Shown: positions 9,573 to 18,272 of the stretch, piece after piece | How positions within the stretch are numbered: position 1 is the stretch's first letter | Layout: each line of letters begins with the position of its first letter | Assembly (NCBI GenBank): GCA_965204725.1 | Contig: OZ242005.1 | Location: 256,001 to 320,000, forward strand | Source of the DNA: Candidatus Latescibacterota bacterium | GTDB lineage: Bacteria; Latescibacterota; UBA2968; UBA8231 | Direction of reading: 5' to 3' | Length of the DNA: 64,000 bases | Made by a program: the position numbers and the translations under genes | The notes under the pieces: generated by a model | The model's input: only the letters and a program-made list of their open reading frames with translations | Database searches by the model: none | What the model was told of the DNA's origin: nothing

Positions 9573-11240
9573 TTAACGCGCGGCTGAGTAGCGGGAGAGT
9601 GCTTCTTCGTTGATTTGCACCTGATCGGCCTCCGCTCGGCGCAGCGAGTCGAGGAAGGCGTCGAAGAGCACCCCTTCTCGGCGCTTGCGGATCTTAACGC
9701 GAATGGGCCGCTGCACCTGCTTAAAGGGCAACGGCACCATTTCAAAAGGCTGGTCGAGGCGAAAGACGCTGTACTTTTCTTGGACCGCTAGCGGGCCTTG
9801 CAGCACACCGACGTCTTTGGAATTGCGGTCGCCAAAGAAGGTGCGGTACGGCGACTGGTACAGCGACTCAACGGTGACCCGACCGCTATCGGCAAAGGTG
9901 TGGCCGCCCACCGGCTTCATGCCCGGCCGCACCGAATGGCGAAGGGCCAACTCCGTCAGCCGCTCCCCGCTGCGCGCCCGCGCGAGAATTTCTTCGGCCT
10001 CCGGGCGCGTATTGACCAGCACCTCGGTCATCTCAATGATACCGGGCAAGGACTCGTAGGCATCGAGGTGTTCGTCGTAATAGGCCCGAACCTCGGCGTC
10101 TGTCACTTCGACCTTGCCCGCTACTTCGTCTAGGCGCAGTTGGGACGCGAGCAGCCGCTGGAGTTTTTTCTCTTTCCACTCGACTATATCGGCCCGCTGA
10201 TGCAGCCCCTGAGTGCGGGCTTCGAGGGCCAGCAGCGAATCGGGAAGAACCCACAACTCGAGCACGTGGAAGACGGCTGCGCTGTCGGGCGGGAGCACGC
10301 CTTTTTCCAAATCGAACTGCCCCTGCACGAAGTCGCCTACCTTGATCGCACCGCCTGTGTATTCGACGAGCGGGGCCTGTGCTTGCGCTTGGTCCAGCCC
10401 ACGGCGCTGTAGCCCAGCGAGCACGGCGTGGACGCGATCGCGGTGATAGCGCAGGTCGTGTACCTTCTTGAGCGAATCAAGGACCGCTTCGCGCCGGCTC
10501 ACCCACTTGCGCCGACTGAGCCGCTTGGCAATATCGTCGCGCAATTCCTCAAAGGGAATGCGCTGCTTTTTGAGCACCTTAACCACTTCGTAGCCGTCAA
10601 TCGTGCGGATCGGCTCGCTGACTTGGCCTTCCTCCAAGTGGAAGGTGCCAGCGCGCAGGCTGGACACGGCACCACCTTGGCCGAAGAAGGCCCCGAGGTT
10701 GCCGCCTTTGTCTGCGTCGGCGGCGAGGGAACGCTCGCTGGCCAATTCGGAGAAACTAGCCCCTGCATCAAGTAAGCGGATGATCTCGCGGGCGTCTTCC
10801 TCGCTGGCCGAGAGGATGTGCGCCGGCCAGATTTCCCAACCCAGCGATTGCTCCTCGTATGCCGCACGCAGTTCCGCTTCGGTAATAGCGATCTGGGCAT
10901 CGACCATTTCGCGAGACCGCTCCTCAACTAGGCGCGTATTGACCATCTTGGAGAGCTTGTCTTTCAGGTTGGGGTGCTGGTCCAGTGCCCGCTTCCTCGC
11001 CTCGCGCAGCACGAGCTTCTTGTCGATCAAGCTCTGCAAATGGGCGCGATGGGCAGCCGCGCCTTCCTTCTTCGAGCGCAGATAGTCGGGCAATTCCCGC
11101 TCAAAGCGGTCGAGGTCTAGGGCCGTGATCGCCTCCCCGGCCACCGTGGCCAAGGCCGTCTCGGGAGGGGCCGGTCCACGTTCCGGCTCGCAACCTGCAA
11201 CCGCTAAGAAGAGGCCGCAGACGAAAAATCGCTGAAACAT
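9573..11240 (-). CDS. Peptidyl-prolyl cis-trans isomerase (PpiC/SurA/PrsA-type foldase lipoprotein, two parvulin domains)
   Basis: Start MFQRFF..LAVAGC lipobox; 'AHILSASEEDA..SFSELASERS..KGGNLG..VSEPIRTIDGYEVVKV'; second degenerate parvulin domain. Confidence 0.85.
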   Translation of the reverse strand: MFQRFFVCGLFLAVAGCEPERGPAPPETALATVAGEAITALDLDRFERELPDYLRSKKEGAAAHRAHLQSLIDKKLVLREARKRALDQHPNLKDKLSKMVNTRLVEERSREMVDAQIAITEAELRAAYEEQSLGWEIWPAHILSASEEDAREIIRLLDAGASFSELASERSLAADADKGGNLGAFFGQGGAVSSLRAGTFHLEEGQVSEPIRTIDGYEVVKVLKKQRIPFEELRDDIAKRLSRRKWVSRREAVLDSLKKVHDLRYHRDRVHAVLAGLQRRGLDQAQAQAPLVEYTGGAIKVGDFVQGQFDLEKGVLPPDSAAVFHVLELWVLPDSLLALEARTQGLHQRADIVEWKEKKLQRLLASQLRLDEVAGKVEVTDAEVRAYYDEHLDAYESLPGIIEMTEVLVNTRPEAEEILARARSGERLTELALRHSVRPGMKPVGGHTFADSGRVTVESLYQSPYRTFFGDRNSKDVGVLQGPLAVQEKYSVFRLDQPFEMVPLPFKQVQRPIRVKIRKRREGVLFDAFLDSLRRAEADQVQINEEALSRYSAAR

Positions 11241-11332
11241 AATGGTATCACCTGTGTACAAAACTGCGCGGCACCGCTTTCCCAGCGGCACCGCGCAGCG
11301 AGTTGAAATTGGCTTAGAAACCCTGTGCCGCG

Positions 11333-12091
11333 CTATTGGCCGATCGCCACCTTGCTCCCGTCGGGGTAGATGCGGCCAATCTCTCGCCCAAAGTGCATTT
11401 CGACGTCCACGTCCTCAAGCGGGTCTCCCTTGAAGTCGAAGCGCACCACCACATCGGGAATGTGGACGGTCAACTTTTCTACGTCTGGGGCCAGCGGCTT
11501 AAAGACGAGATACCCTTCGCTCTCTTGGGCACTGAACACGTCCTCATCGGGAAACATCGTGCCCCGCAAGATGCCGTCGCGCTCCTGCCAGACGTAGCGA
11601 GCATTACCGGGCGTCCCAGGGTCGTTGCCCCCTCTGCCCCCGCCGACATAACGGCGATAATATACCGAAAGCTGTTCGTGCCTCAGTGCGTAGTACTTGC
11701 GCCCATTAGAGGTGGTTATATAGACCTTTTTGGGGTCGAGATAGACCTTGGGGTATTCGTAATTAGAAAGGTACAGGCGAAAGACGGTGAATCGCTGCGG
11801 GGTGTCCCCCGTGCGAAAGTGCGTCGAGTTGCCAAAAGTATAGGGGTTGCGCGAGTCGGCTCCCTCGTTGGAATAGGTGCTGAACTGGCGGTTCAACTCC
11901 TCGTCGGTCATCGGCCGCAGGCTGACTTCGAGCCGGGCCTGTCTATAAGACACAGTGCCGTCGTCGGCCACCGTCTTGTTAGCCCCTTGCTCGGCCTCGC
12001 TCAGCGGCGTGAGGTCTTCGGCATAGTAGCGATAGGAGCAGCCCGAAAAAAGCAGCCCGGCCAAAAGCAGCAGTGTGCAACACTTCAGCAT
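11333..12091 (-). CDS. Hypothetical lipoprotein
   Basis: Lipobox FSGC, RBS GGAGG; 252 aa ORF in operon. Confidence 0.8.
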   Translation of the reverse strand: MLKCCTLLLLAGLLFSGCSYRYYAEDLTPLSEAEQGANKTVADDGTVSYRQARLEVSLRPMTDEELNRQFSTYSNEGADSRNPYTFGNSTHFRTGDTPQRFTVFRLYLSNYEYPKVYLDPKKVYITTSNGRKYYALRHEQLSVYYRRYVGGGRGGNDPGTPGNARYVWQERDGILRGTMFPDEDVFSAQESEGYLVFKPLAPDVEKLTVHIPDVVVRFDFKGDPLEDVDVEMHFGREIGRIYPDGSKVAIGQ

Positions 12092-12101
12092 GGAAAACCT
12101 C

Positions 12102-14852
12102 CTACTCTAAGCCGGCGAACACGGTGACGAACATGGCTGTTTCGGTGCGCGGCCTTTCGGCTGAGGCGCGATCGATCCGCGACACGCGGAACCCGGTTTG
12201 GGTCCACAGATTATAGCCTAGGTATTCGGCATTGTTGGTAAACTGCAGGGCATAGACCATCTCGTTGCGGTCCGAGCGCAGCAAATGGGTTTCCAACTCC
12301 TCGCGGAACTGCTCGACGAGCAGGTACTCTAGGCCGGTCTGCAATTCGGTGCGCGCCAAGATGGGTACGCGCAGGACCAAAGACCAGAGCTCGCGCAATT
12401 CCGTAGTCGCCACCCGCACCTGAGTATCTTCGCGGCGCGACGGCCGCTGGCGCTGAAACTCGCTCTTCCAGCGCGGCTGAAACTTGAGGACGCCGAGGTC
12501 AAACGTGTAATCGACCTTATTGAGGATCCCAAAGAAAGACGCGGTCTCGCGGATGTCCTGCTCCTCAAGCGGTCGGTTGGCGAAATTGGCCTGTTTGAAG
12601 ACCTCCCACTTAACGCGGTTCTTGAAGTGGATGCGGTCGCTCTGGTATTGATAGCCCAAGTACAGGGTATTGGCCCAACCATCGCGGAGGGGCAGGGGAT
12701 CGGTATAGGGCACTAAGTCGCCGCGTGACCCCTCGCGCACAACCCATTCAATCACGTCGTCGCGAATATCGTCTTGGACTCTGCGATAGTTGTTGTACAC
12801 CTGTACGCGCCCTTTGCTGGCGTAGTCCTTGTCAAAGGTCAGCAAGGCGTAATTGGTGACGTTCTCGCGGGCGTCGGCGAGCTGGCGCTCGTCGACGCGG
12901 CCGACGGTCAGCCGCGCCTCCGGCCCCAAATGAGACCCCACGTAGATGTTGTATCCACGCCGATCGCGTTTGTACAGGTAGTCGGGTAGAATGTCGTTTT
13001 CAAAGCGATCGACGATGCCGTTGTTGTTCATATCGACTCCGAAGAGAAATTCGGGGCGATCCGATGCGTAGCGGAGAAAAGGCTCCTCGTAGTCTGGCAC
13101 CGTATTCCAGCGATCCTCGGAGTCATTCTGATTGAAGTCGTTGATGAAATCGTTGTTTTCGTCGAACCCCGGGAATATCTCCCTATCCTGCGAGAAATTG
13201 GCCCGCTGCCAGTCGGGGTTGCGGTCTTGGTCGTCGTTGTCATCGACGAATTCGTACACAAAACGGAGGTCGTCGTCGTAGTTGATATCCGCTGCATCGT
13301 TTTGGGTGCCGGCTAGAAAGGAGCTGGTGCTGTAGCTGGGATCGACGTTATAGACTTCACCAAAGCCATAGTAGGGATACATACGCTTATACACGTTGAC
13401 AAACCAAGCGTCGGCCGAGGTGCTGTACGCCTTGTGCTGGGTCACGTCGGTTTCCGACCGCCGCGGATAGCGAAAGTGCTGGCGGTTGCGGTCGTATTCG
13501 CCCGAGAAGTAAAATCCGCTGACGTCCGTGACATCGAGCGTAAAGCCAAAGATTTCATTGGCCACCGGCAACCCGTACTTGACGCGCACAAAGCTCTGAT
13601 TCGAGCCATCCTGCACGTTGCCGTCGGCGCGCACCGTGCGTTCGGGAATGCCCTCAGAGAGCAAGACTGACTGACCGTTGGCGTTGAGCTGGCGGTTGGA
13701 GGTAACGTCAATCCGGTAGTCGTTGGCCAAGAGCAACAGGAACTCAATGCTCTTGATCTGCTCGGGCTGGGGGCCGAAAGAGTTGCGGTACTGCGGGCCT
13801 TCTAGATCGTACAACAGCACGATGACCTCGTTGCCATCGGCCGCGAGGAAGCCTTCGCGACGGAAGCCACCCTGCACGGCTGGGGCGAAGTCGAGGATAT
13901 TGCTGTTGCCGATGCGGCGGCGGTTGCTGATGCGCTCGCCGTCGATGGTCGTGATGATCATCTCCTCCTGAAAGAAGGCCGCGCCCGCCCTACCGTCTTC
14001 GGGCGAATCGTCGCTCAAGCGCACTTCGATACGCGAAACGTCGGCGTTGTTCTGACCCTCGGTGAGTGTGCCCTTGAAGGGGTTGCCCTGAAATGCCTGC
14101 CCCTTAGTCGAGGAGTTGAAAGCATTGATATAAGTCGCGCCTAACTTGACAAAGTCGCCGACCTGCATGGTGCCGCGACCGCCGATCAAGTTGGTGTCGT
14201 TCGAGCGGTAACGACCCGTGCTAGTCGTCTGCGCCGTTTCGACTTGCCCGGGCGCACTAGGACGCGAGGTGAGAAAAGTCGCCTCGTATTTATCCGTGGC
14301 CAAGTCGAACTGAATACCGGCAAAGGTCGGCTTGGAAAAGGTCATTGGCGTCAGCGTCGTGCGGATGCGGTCGCCAATGGTCAGGGCATAGGCGTATTGG
14401 CCCTTTTGGTCCGAGGCGACGACCAAATTTGCAAACCAGCCTTGGAAGTTAGGGCCTTTATACAGGTTGCTGCCCGATGTCTGCGGCGCTGCAACGCTCC
14501 AGTCGTAAAGAAGTGAACCGCGGGTAATGTAATTCCCGTAGAGATCGTAGAAGTATTCGCCTTCTTGGTTGGTGTTCACAAAGCGCTGATAATGTCGGCG
14601 GGCGTAATTGGTATAGTCCTGTTGCCGCCATTGGTACTCATTGAAAAGTTCTTGGGGTACATACCACTTCTTCACCGCTGGATCGAGTGCGTCAAAAAGC
14701 ACCCCCGGCCCGACGGGATCGTAGAAAACCTCCCCGCCGCGGCGTATGCCCAAACGCGAGCCGAAATCCTCCTGTGCCGGGAGGTTTTCCACCATCGCTC
14801 CCAACATCAGGACCGCCACCGAACCGGTGCGGAAACTCTTAACTATGTTCAC
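12102..14852 (-). CDS. Large exported hypothetical protein, probable outer-membrane beta-barrel with Asp-rich Ca-binding loops
   Basis: RBS GGAGG plus GTG; signal peptide; amphipathic beta-strands ending 'AMFVTVFAGLE'; DDNDDQD, DENNDFINDFNQND and DMNNNGIVDRFEND motifs. Confidence 0.7.
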   Translation of the reverse strand: MNIVKSFRTGSVAVLMLGAMVENLPAQEDFGSRLGIRRGGEVFYDPVGPGVLFDALDPAVKKWYVPQELFNEYQWRQQDYTNYARRHYQRFVNTNQEGEYFYDLYGNYITRGSLLYDWSVAAPQTSGSNLYKGPNFQGWFANLVVASDQKGQYAYALTIGDRIRTTLTPMTFSKPTFAGIQFDLATDKYEATFLTSRPSAPGQVETAQTTSTGRYRSNDTNLIGGRGTMQVGDFVKLGATYINAFNSSTKGQAFQGNPFKGTLTEGQNNADVSRIEVRLSDDSPEDGRAGAAFFQEEMIITTIDGERISNRRRIGNSNILDFAPAVQGGFRREGFLAADGNEVIVLLYDLEGPQYRNSFGPQPEQIKSIEFLLLLANDYRIDVTSNRQLNANGQSVLLSEGIPERTVRADGNVQDGSNQSFVRVKYGLPVANEIFGFTLDVTDVSGFYFSGEYDRNRQHFRYPRRSETDVTQHKAYSTSADAWFVNVYKRMYPYYGFGEVYNVDPSYSTSSFLAGTQNDAADINYDDDLRFVYEFVDDNDDQDRNPDWQRANFSQDREIFPGFDENNDFINDFNQNDSEDRWNTVPDYEEPFLRYASDRPEFLFGVDMNNNGIVDRFENDILPDYLYKRDRRGYNIYVGSHLGPEARLTVGRVDERQLADARENVTNYALLTFDKDYASKGRVQVYNNYRRVQDDIRDDVIEWVVREGSRGDLVPYTDPLPLRDGWANTLYLGYQYQSDRIHFKNRVKWEVFKQANFANRPLEEQDIRETASFFGILNKVDYTFDLGVLKFQPRWKSEFQRQRPSRREDTQVRVATTELRELWSLVLRVPILARTELQTGLEYLLVEQFREELETHLLRSDRNEMVYALQFTNNAEYLGYNLWTQTGFRVSRIDRASAERPRTETAMFVTVFAGLE

Positions 14853-14900
14853 AAAGAACCTCCCTTGTTGTCGAAATTCCGGTCCGAACGCCTGCCTGTA

Positions 14901-17900
14901 TCAATAGGCCACGTGTACGAGGCGCGTCAACTCGCTGTCCCGGTCGTCGGCCTCCACCTTGATCTGACAGAGATAGAGCCCCGGCGGTACGACCTGTCCA
15001 CCCATATCTCGCCCGTCCCAGACGAACGCCTGCGTCCCTACCTTGCCGCCGGTCGCCGAACTCTGCCCTCGGCCTACCAAGCGCCCGCTCAAATCGTAAA
15101 ACGCGACTTCTAATGGCCGTTCCTCTTGTATCTTCAATAAGACGAAATGCACCCAGAGCTGATCGTTGACTCCGTCGCCATTGGGCGTGAAGACCGACGC
15201 CATCCCCACATCTTGGATCAAAGACCCCGGCAAGTCCATCAGGCTGATCCGCGCCGTCGAAGAGTCCACCAACTCGGTCGCATCCTTATCGACGGTGTCA
15301 ACTCGTTGAAATACGCCCTCGTCCGAATCTGAGGACCGCACGAACGAGGCAAATTCAATGCCCTCGCGGAAGCTCTGCGACTCAAACTGCACCTCAATAA
15401 GGGCGTGCTGGCCAGTGGGCAAATCGGCATTGAGCGAAAAGGGGAAGCGCACCCAAATCGAATCCTCACCTGTCGCCATCCGGTCCAGCACCAAGCCGTC
15501 CTCCGAGCGGAAGACTCCGTCGTCGCCCGGGGCAAAGGCGCGGTCAAACTTCGTGGTCGTCGCCGAGGTCAGCACTTCTTCCGGGTTGAGGAACGAGGGC
15601 GTCTGGGCGATGGCGACTTGTCCCAAGCGCACACCGGTTACGCGCACAGCACGCGGCGCGACGACCAGCACCTCGTCAAAGCCGTCGCGCACCGTCGCGT
15701 CAGTCGGGTCGGGCGTGGCGGCACGGATGAAATAAGCAAATTGCTGCGGTGCGAGCGGATCGACATTGCGCGGCGGAGTGTAGTCCGAGGTCTGGACATC
15801 TAAGTCGCTCGGAATGCGCGTCGCTCCCTCATCGCTGAGGAGTGCCAGCTCGCCGGCTAGTTCGAGGGCCAGCGGCGGGGCCAACTCAACGCGCAAACTG
15901 CGGATGCGCGCCGTCTTGAAGGGATCTTCTGAGGAGATATTGACCCGCACTTGGAGAAACTTGCGCGGATTGGGCGAGGTGATCGTCGCCTCGTTGACTC
16001 CGTTGGTAGGTAGATAGCTTTCGCTCCACTCGCTCCAGCCGACAAACGCGAGTTCGCCATCCTTGTCAAAGCTCGACCGCGGTGCGCGGCGCAGCTTCTT
16101 GCCGTCCTCATCTATGAGGCCATCGCCATCGTTGTCGATGAGGTCAATCTCGTCTTCGTCGGTGACCCCGTCGCCATCGTCGTCCTTGCGCGAGGCGTGT
16201 CTCTTGCTTTCGGGCAGGGTTTGCCAAATCTCCCATGCCGTCCACTTCAAGGCAATCTCGTCGTAGATCTCTTTTGACACTTCCGTACGCTCTTCGTTGC
16301 CGGCGACAGTGACGACTTGGTAGTACGTGAAGTTGGTGTCGGTCTGGTCTGAGGTGCGAGTCTGTATCTGCAAGCGGACATCCGGGTGAAGATCCAACGG
16401 CTCAATCCGTTCCCTCGCTTGGCCGGTGAGCGGATCGGTCTCGCGGACGATGACATCGCCTTCCCAAGCGATGCGCGGCAGGGTCTTGCGGATGAAATTG
16501 CCGCGCGAATCTGTCTGCGAGATCGGCGGAGAGTACGCCCACACGCTGACCGGATAGCCTTCGCCATAGAGCTGGATCTCGGCCATAGTCGCCAGTGCCC
16601 CATAGCGGCCTGATTGCACCCCGGTGACATCGATGTCGCGGATTTGCAAAAAGCGGATCTTGCGCCTGAGAAAAGTCTCGCGGAAAATGCGCACTACCGG
16701 CGTGTGATTATCGACATGCTCCTCACTAATGATGTTGTCCCACTTGAGAGCTTCTTCAAGTTGGGGGAAGTCGTCGCGGTCGTTCATGCTCACGGGTTTG
16801 AGCAGAGTGCCGTCGGAAACCAAGATATCCGGCCCTAAGAAGGCCCCTTGGTGGCTCTGGTTGATGCGCTTGTTGACCACCGAGACATTATCGACCCAAA
16901 ACACGGCCCCTAAGTCGTACCAAGCCGTGCCTTTGAGGTACACCGGCGACCACGTATTGGCCACCCACTCCGAGTCGTACAGCCCATCCGTAGCCAAATT
17001 GGGTGCGCCCAAGCCGCCGTTTTCAAACGAAGCCCCGGCACGCCTTTCGGGTTGCAGCGCGTAGTTGTCGCCCTTAGCCCAAACTTGGACCTCGGCGATA
17101 CGGGGAACCTCTTTGCTGTAATAGAGAATCGAGCCGCGTTTTTCCACGGGCAGATTTTGATACTTTTCTTCAGCCGTCAGGTTGTCGTCGCTTTGGAGCT
17201 CGACGAGTAGGCCACCAGCGGTTTGACGCTGATAGACAATCGCACCGCGCCGCTCTTGGGGCAATGCTTCATAGGCAAGGCGCGCCTCTTCGTCAGCACC
17301 TAAAAAGGAATCGCGCCAGAGAGCCGAATTCGTAATTTTGATGCGGACGTACTGGATAAAAGCTCCACTGATGTCGGGTTGGCCGTTTAAGTCCCAGTCG
17401 GCTCGATCAAGCGGCCAGAGCGGAAAGGTCATCTGCACATGGCGTCCCTCGGTGCCAGGCACCGGAACCAGCGCCACTTCACCACTCTCACCCCCTCCCC
17501 CACCTTCACAGCGAGTCTCGCCGGCGTAGCCCGAGCTTTCGTCGCGCACACATTGGGCTAACTTGCCGGCGACGAAGTCGGTCGAGACTCGCCCTATGAG
17601 GGAAAACTTGAGGTTGTTGCCCAAAGGAAAGGGGAAGCGCTCACCCATCGAGGCGAAAAGCGCGAAGGACTTAACCGGCTCGCCGAGAAATTCGCCCTCA
17701 AACTGACCAGCGGGAAAGATGATCGTCAAGCTGTCGGCAAAAACCAATCGTCCCAGATCGATTTCAATTTCCCAGTTGCGCAGACCGTCGAGATTGAAAT
17801 CCCCAGGACGAGTCAGCCTGCTCGCAAAACTGGCCGGGGTGGCCGGCTCCCAGAAGGTGCTCAAATCGCCATCTATAACATTGTTGGCCAAGCGGTCGTT

Positions 17901-18236
17901 GGATTTGGCGGTCGTACCTCCAGAGACTAGATCGCCGTTAGCGCGGACCAAATCGGGATAGGTGAAATCGACAGCCGTCGGAGCCACGTTGATATTGCGG
18001 CGAAAGAACGTCGGCCGCAGACCGTCGGCCGCAACTTGGAAGATATCCGCATCGCGGATTGGCACATTCAAATTCGCAACCAGATCGTTCTGATAGAGCC
18101 AGTTTTCCCAGTGTGAGGCTCGATCCACGCGAATCGAGTTGCCGGAAAGCCTGTAGGCATTCGTTTGGGCCAGACAGAAACTGGGCATAAACAGTACGGC
18201 GAAGAGGGCCGCCTGCCGTTTTAGCAGTCGTTTCAT
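14901..18236 (-). CDS. Large secreted protein with discoidin-like domains and FlgD-Ig / gliding-motility-type C-terminal domain
   Basis: Signal peptide; 'NVIDGDLSTFW..IDLG', 'ATDGLYDSEW..YDLG'; DNDGDGLIDED repeat; C-terminal 'FTPNGDGVND..YDLSGRLV..WDGRD..VPPGLYL'. Confidence 0.8.
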   Translation of the reverse strand: MKRLLKRQAALFAVLFMPSFCLAQTNAYRLSGNSIRVDRASHWENWLYQNDLVANLNVPIRDADIFQVAADGLRPTFFRRNINVAPTAVDFTYPDLVRANGDLVSGGTTAKSNDRLANNVIDGDLSTFWEPATPASFASRLTRPGDFNLDGLRNWEIEIDLGRLVFADSLTIIFPAGQFEGEFLGEPVKSFALFASMGERFPFPLGNNLKFSLIGRVSTDFVAGKLAQCVRDESSGYAGETRCEGGGGGESGEVALVPVPGTEGRHVQMTFPLWPLDRADWDLNGQPDISGAFIQYVRIKITNSALWRDSFLGADEEARLAYEALPQERRGAIVYQRQTAGGLLVELQSDDNLTAEEKYQNLPVEKRGSILYYSKEVPRIAEVQVWAKGDNYALQPERRAGASFENGGLGAPNLATDGLYDSEWVANTWSPVYLKGTAWYDLGAVFWVDNVSVVNKRINQSHQGAFLGPDILVSDGTLLKPVSMNDRDDFPQLEEALKWDNIISEEHVDNHTPVVRIFRETFLRRKIRFLQIRDIDVTGVQSGRYGALATMAEIQLYGEGYPVSVWAYSPPISQTDSRGNFIRKTLPRIAWEGDVIVRETDPLTGQARERIEPLDLHPDVRLQIQTRTSDQTDTNFTYYQVVTVAGNEERTEVSKEIYDEIALKWTAWEIWQTLPESKRHASRKDDDGDGVTDEDEIDLIDNDGDGLIDEDGKKLRRAPRSSFDKDGELAFVGWSEWSESYLPTNGVNEATITSPNPRKFLQVRVNISSEDPFKTARIRSLRVELAPPLALELAGELALLSDEGATRIPSDLDVQTSDYTPPRNVDPLAPQQFAYFIRAATPDPTDATVRDGFDEVLVVAPRAVRVTGVRLGQVAIAQTPSFLNPEEVLTSATTTKFDRAFAPGDDGVFRSEDGLVLDRMATGEDSIWVRFPFSLNADLPTGQHALIEVQFESQSFREGIEFASFVRSSDSDEGVFQRVDTVDKDATELVDSSTARISLMDLPGSLIQDVGMASVFTPNGDGVNDQLWVHFVLLKIQEERPLEVAFYDLSGRLVGRGQSSATGGKVGTQAFVWDGRDMGGQVVPPGLYLCQIKVEADDRDSELTRLVHVAY

Positions 18237-18272
18237 AGCATTTCCTTTCTTCTTTCCGCGCTTCAGCTAAGG

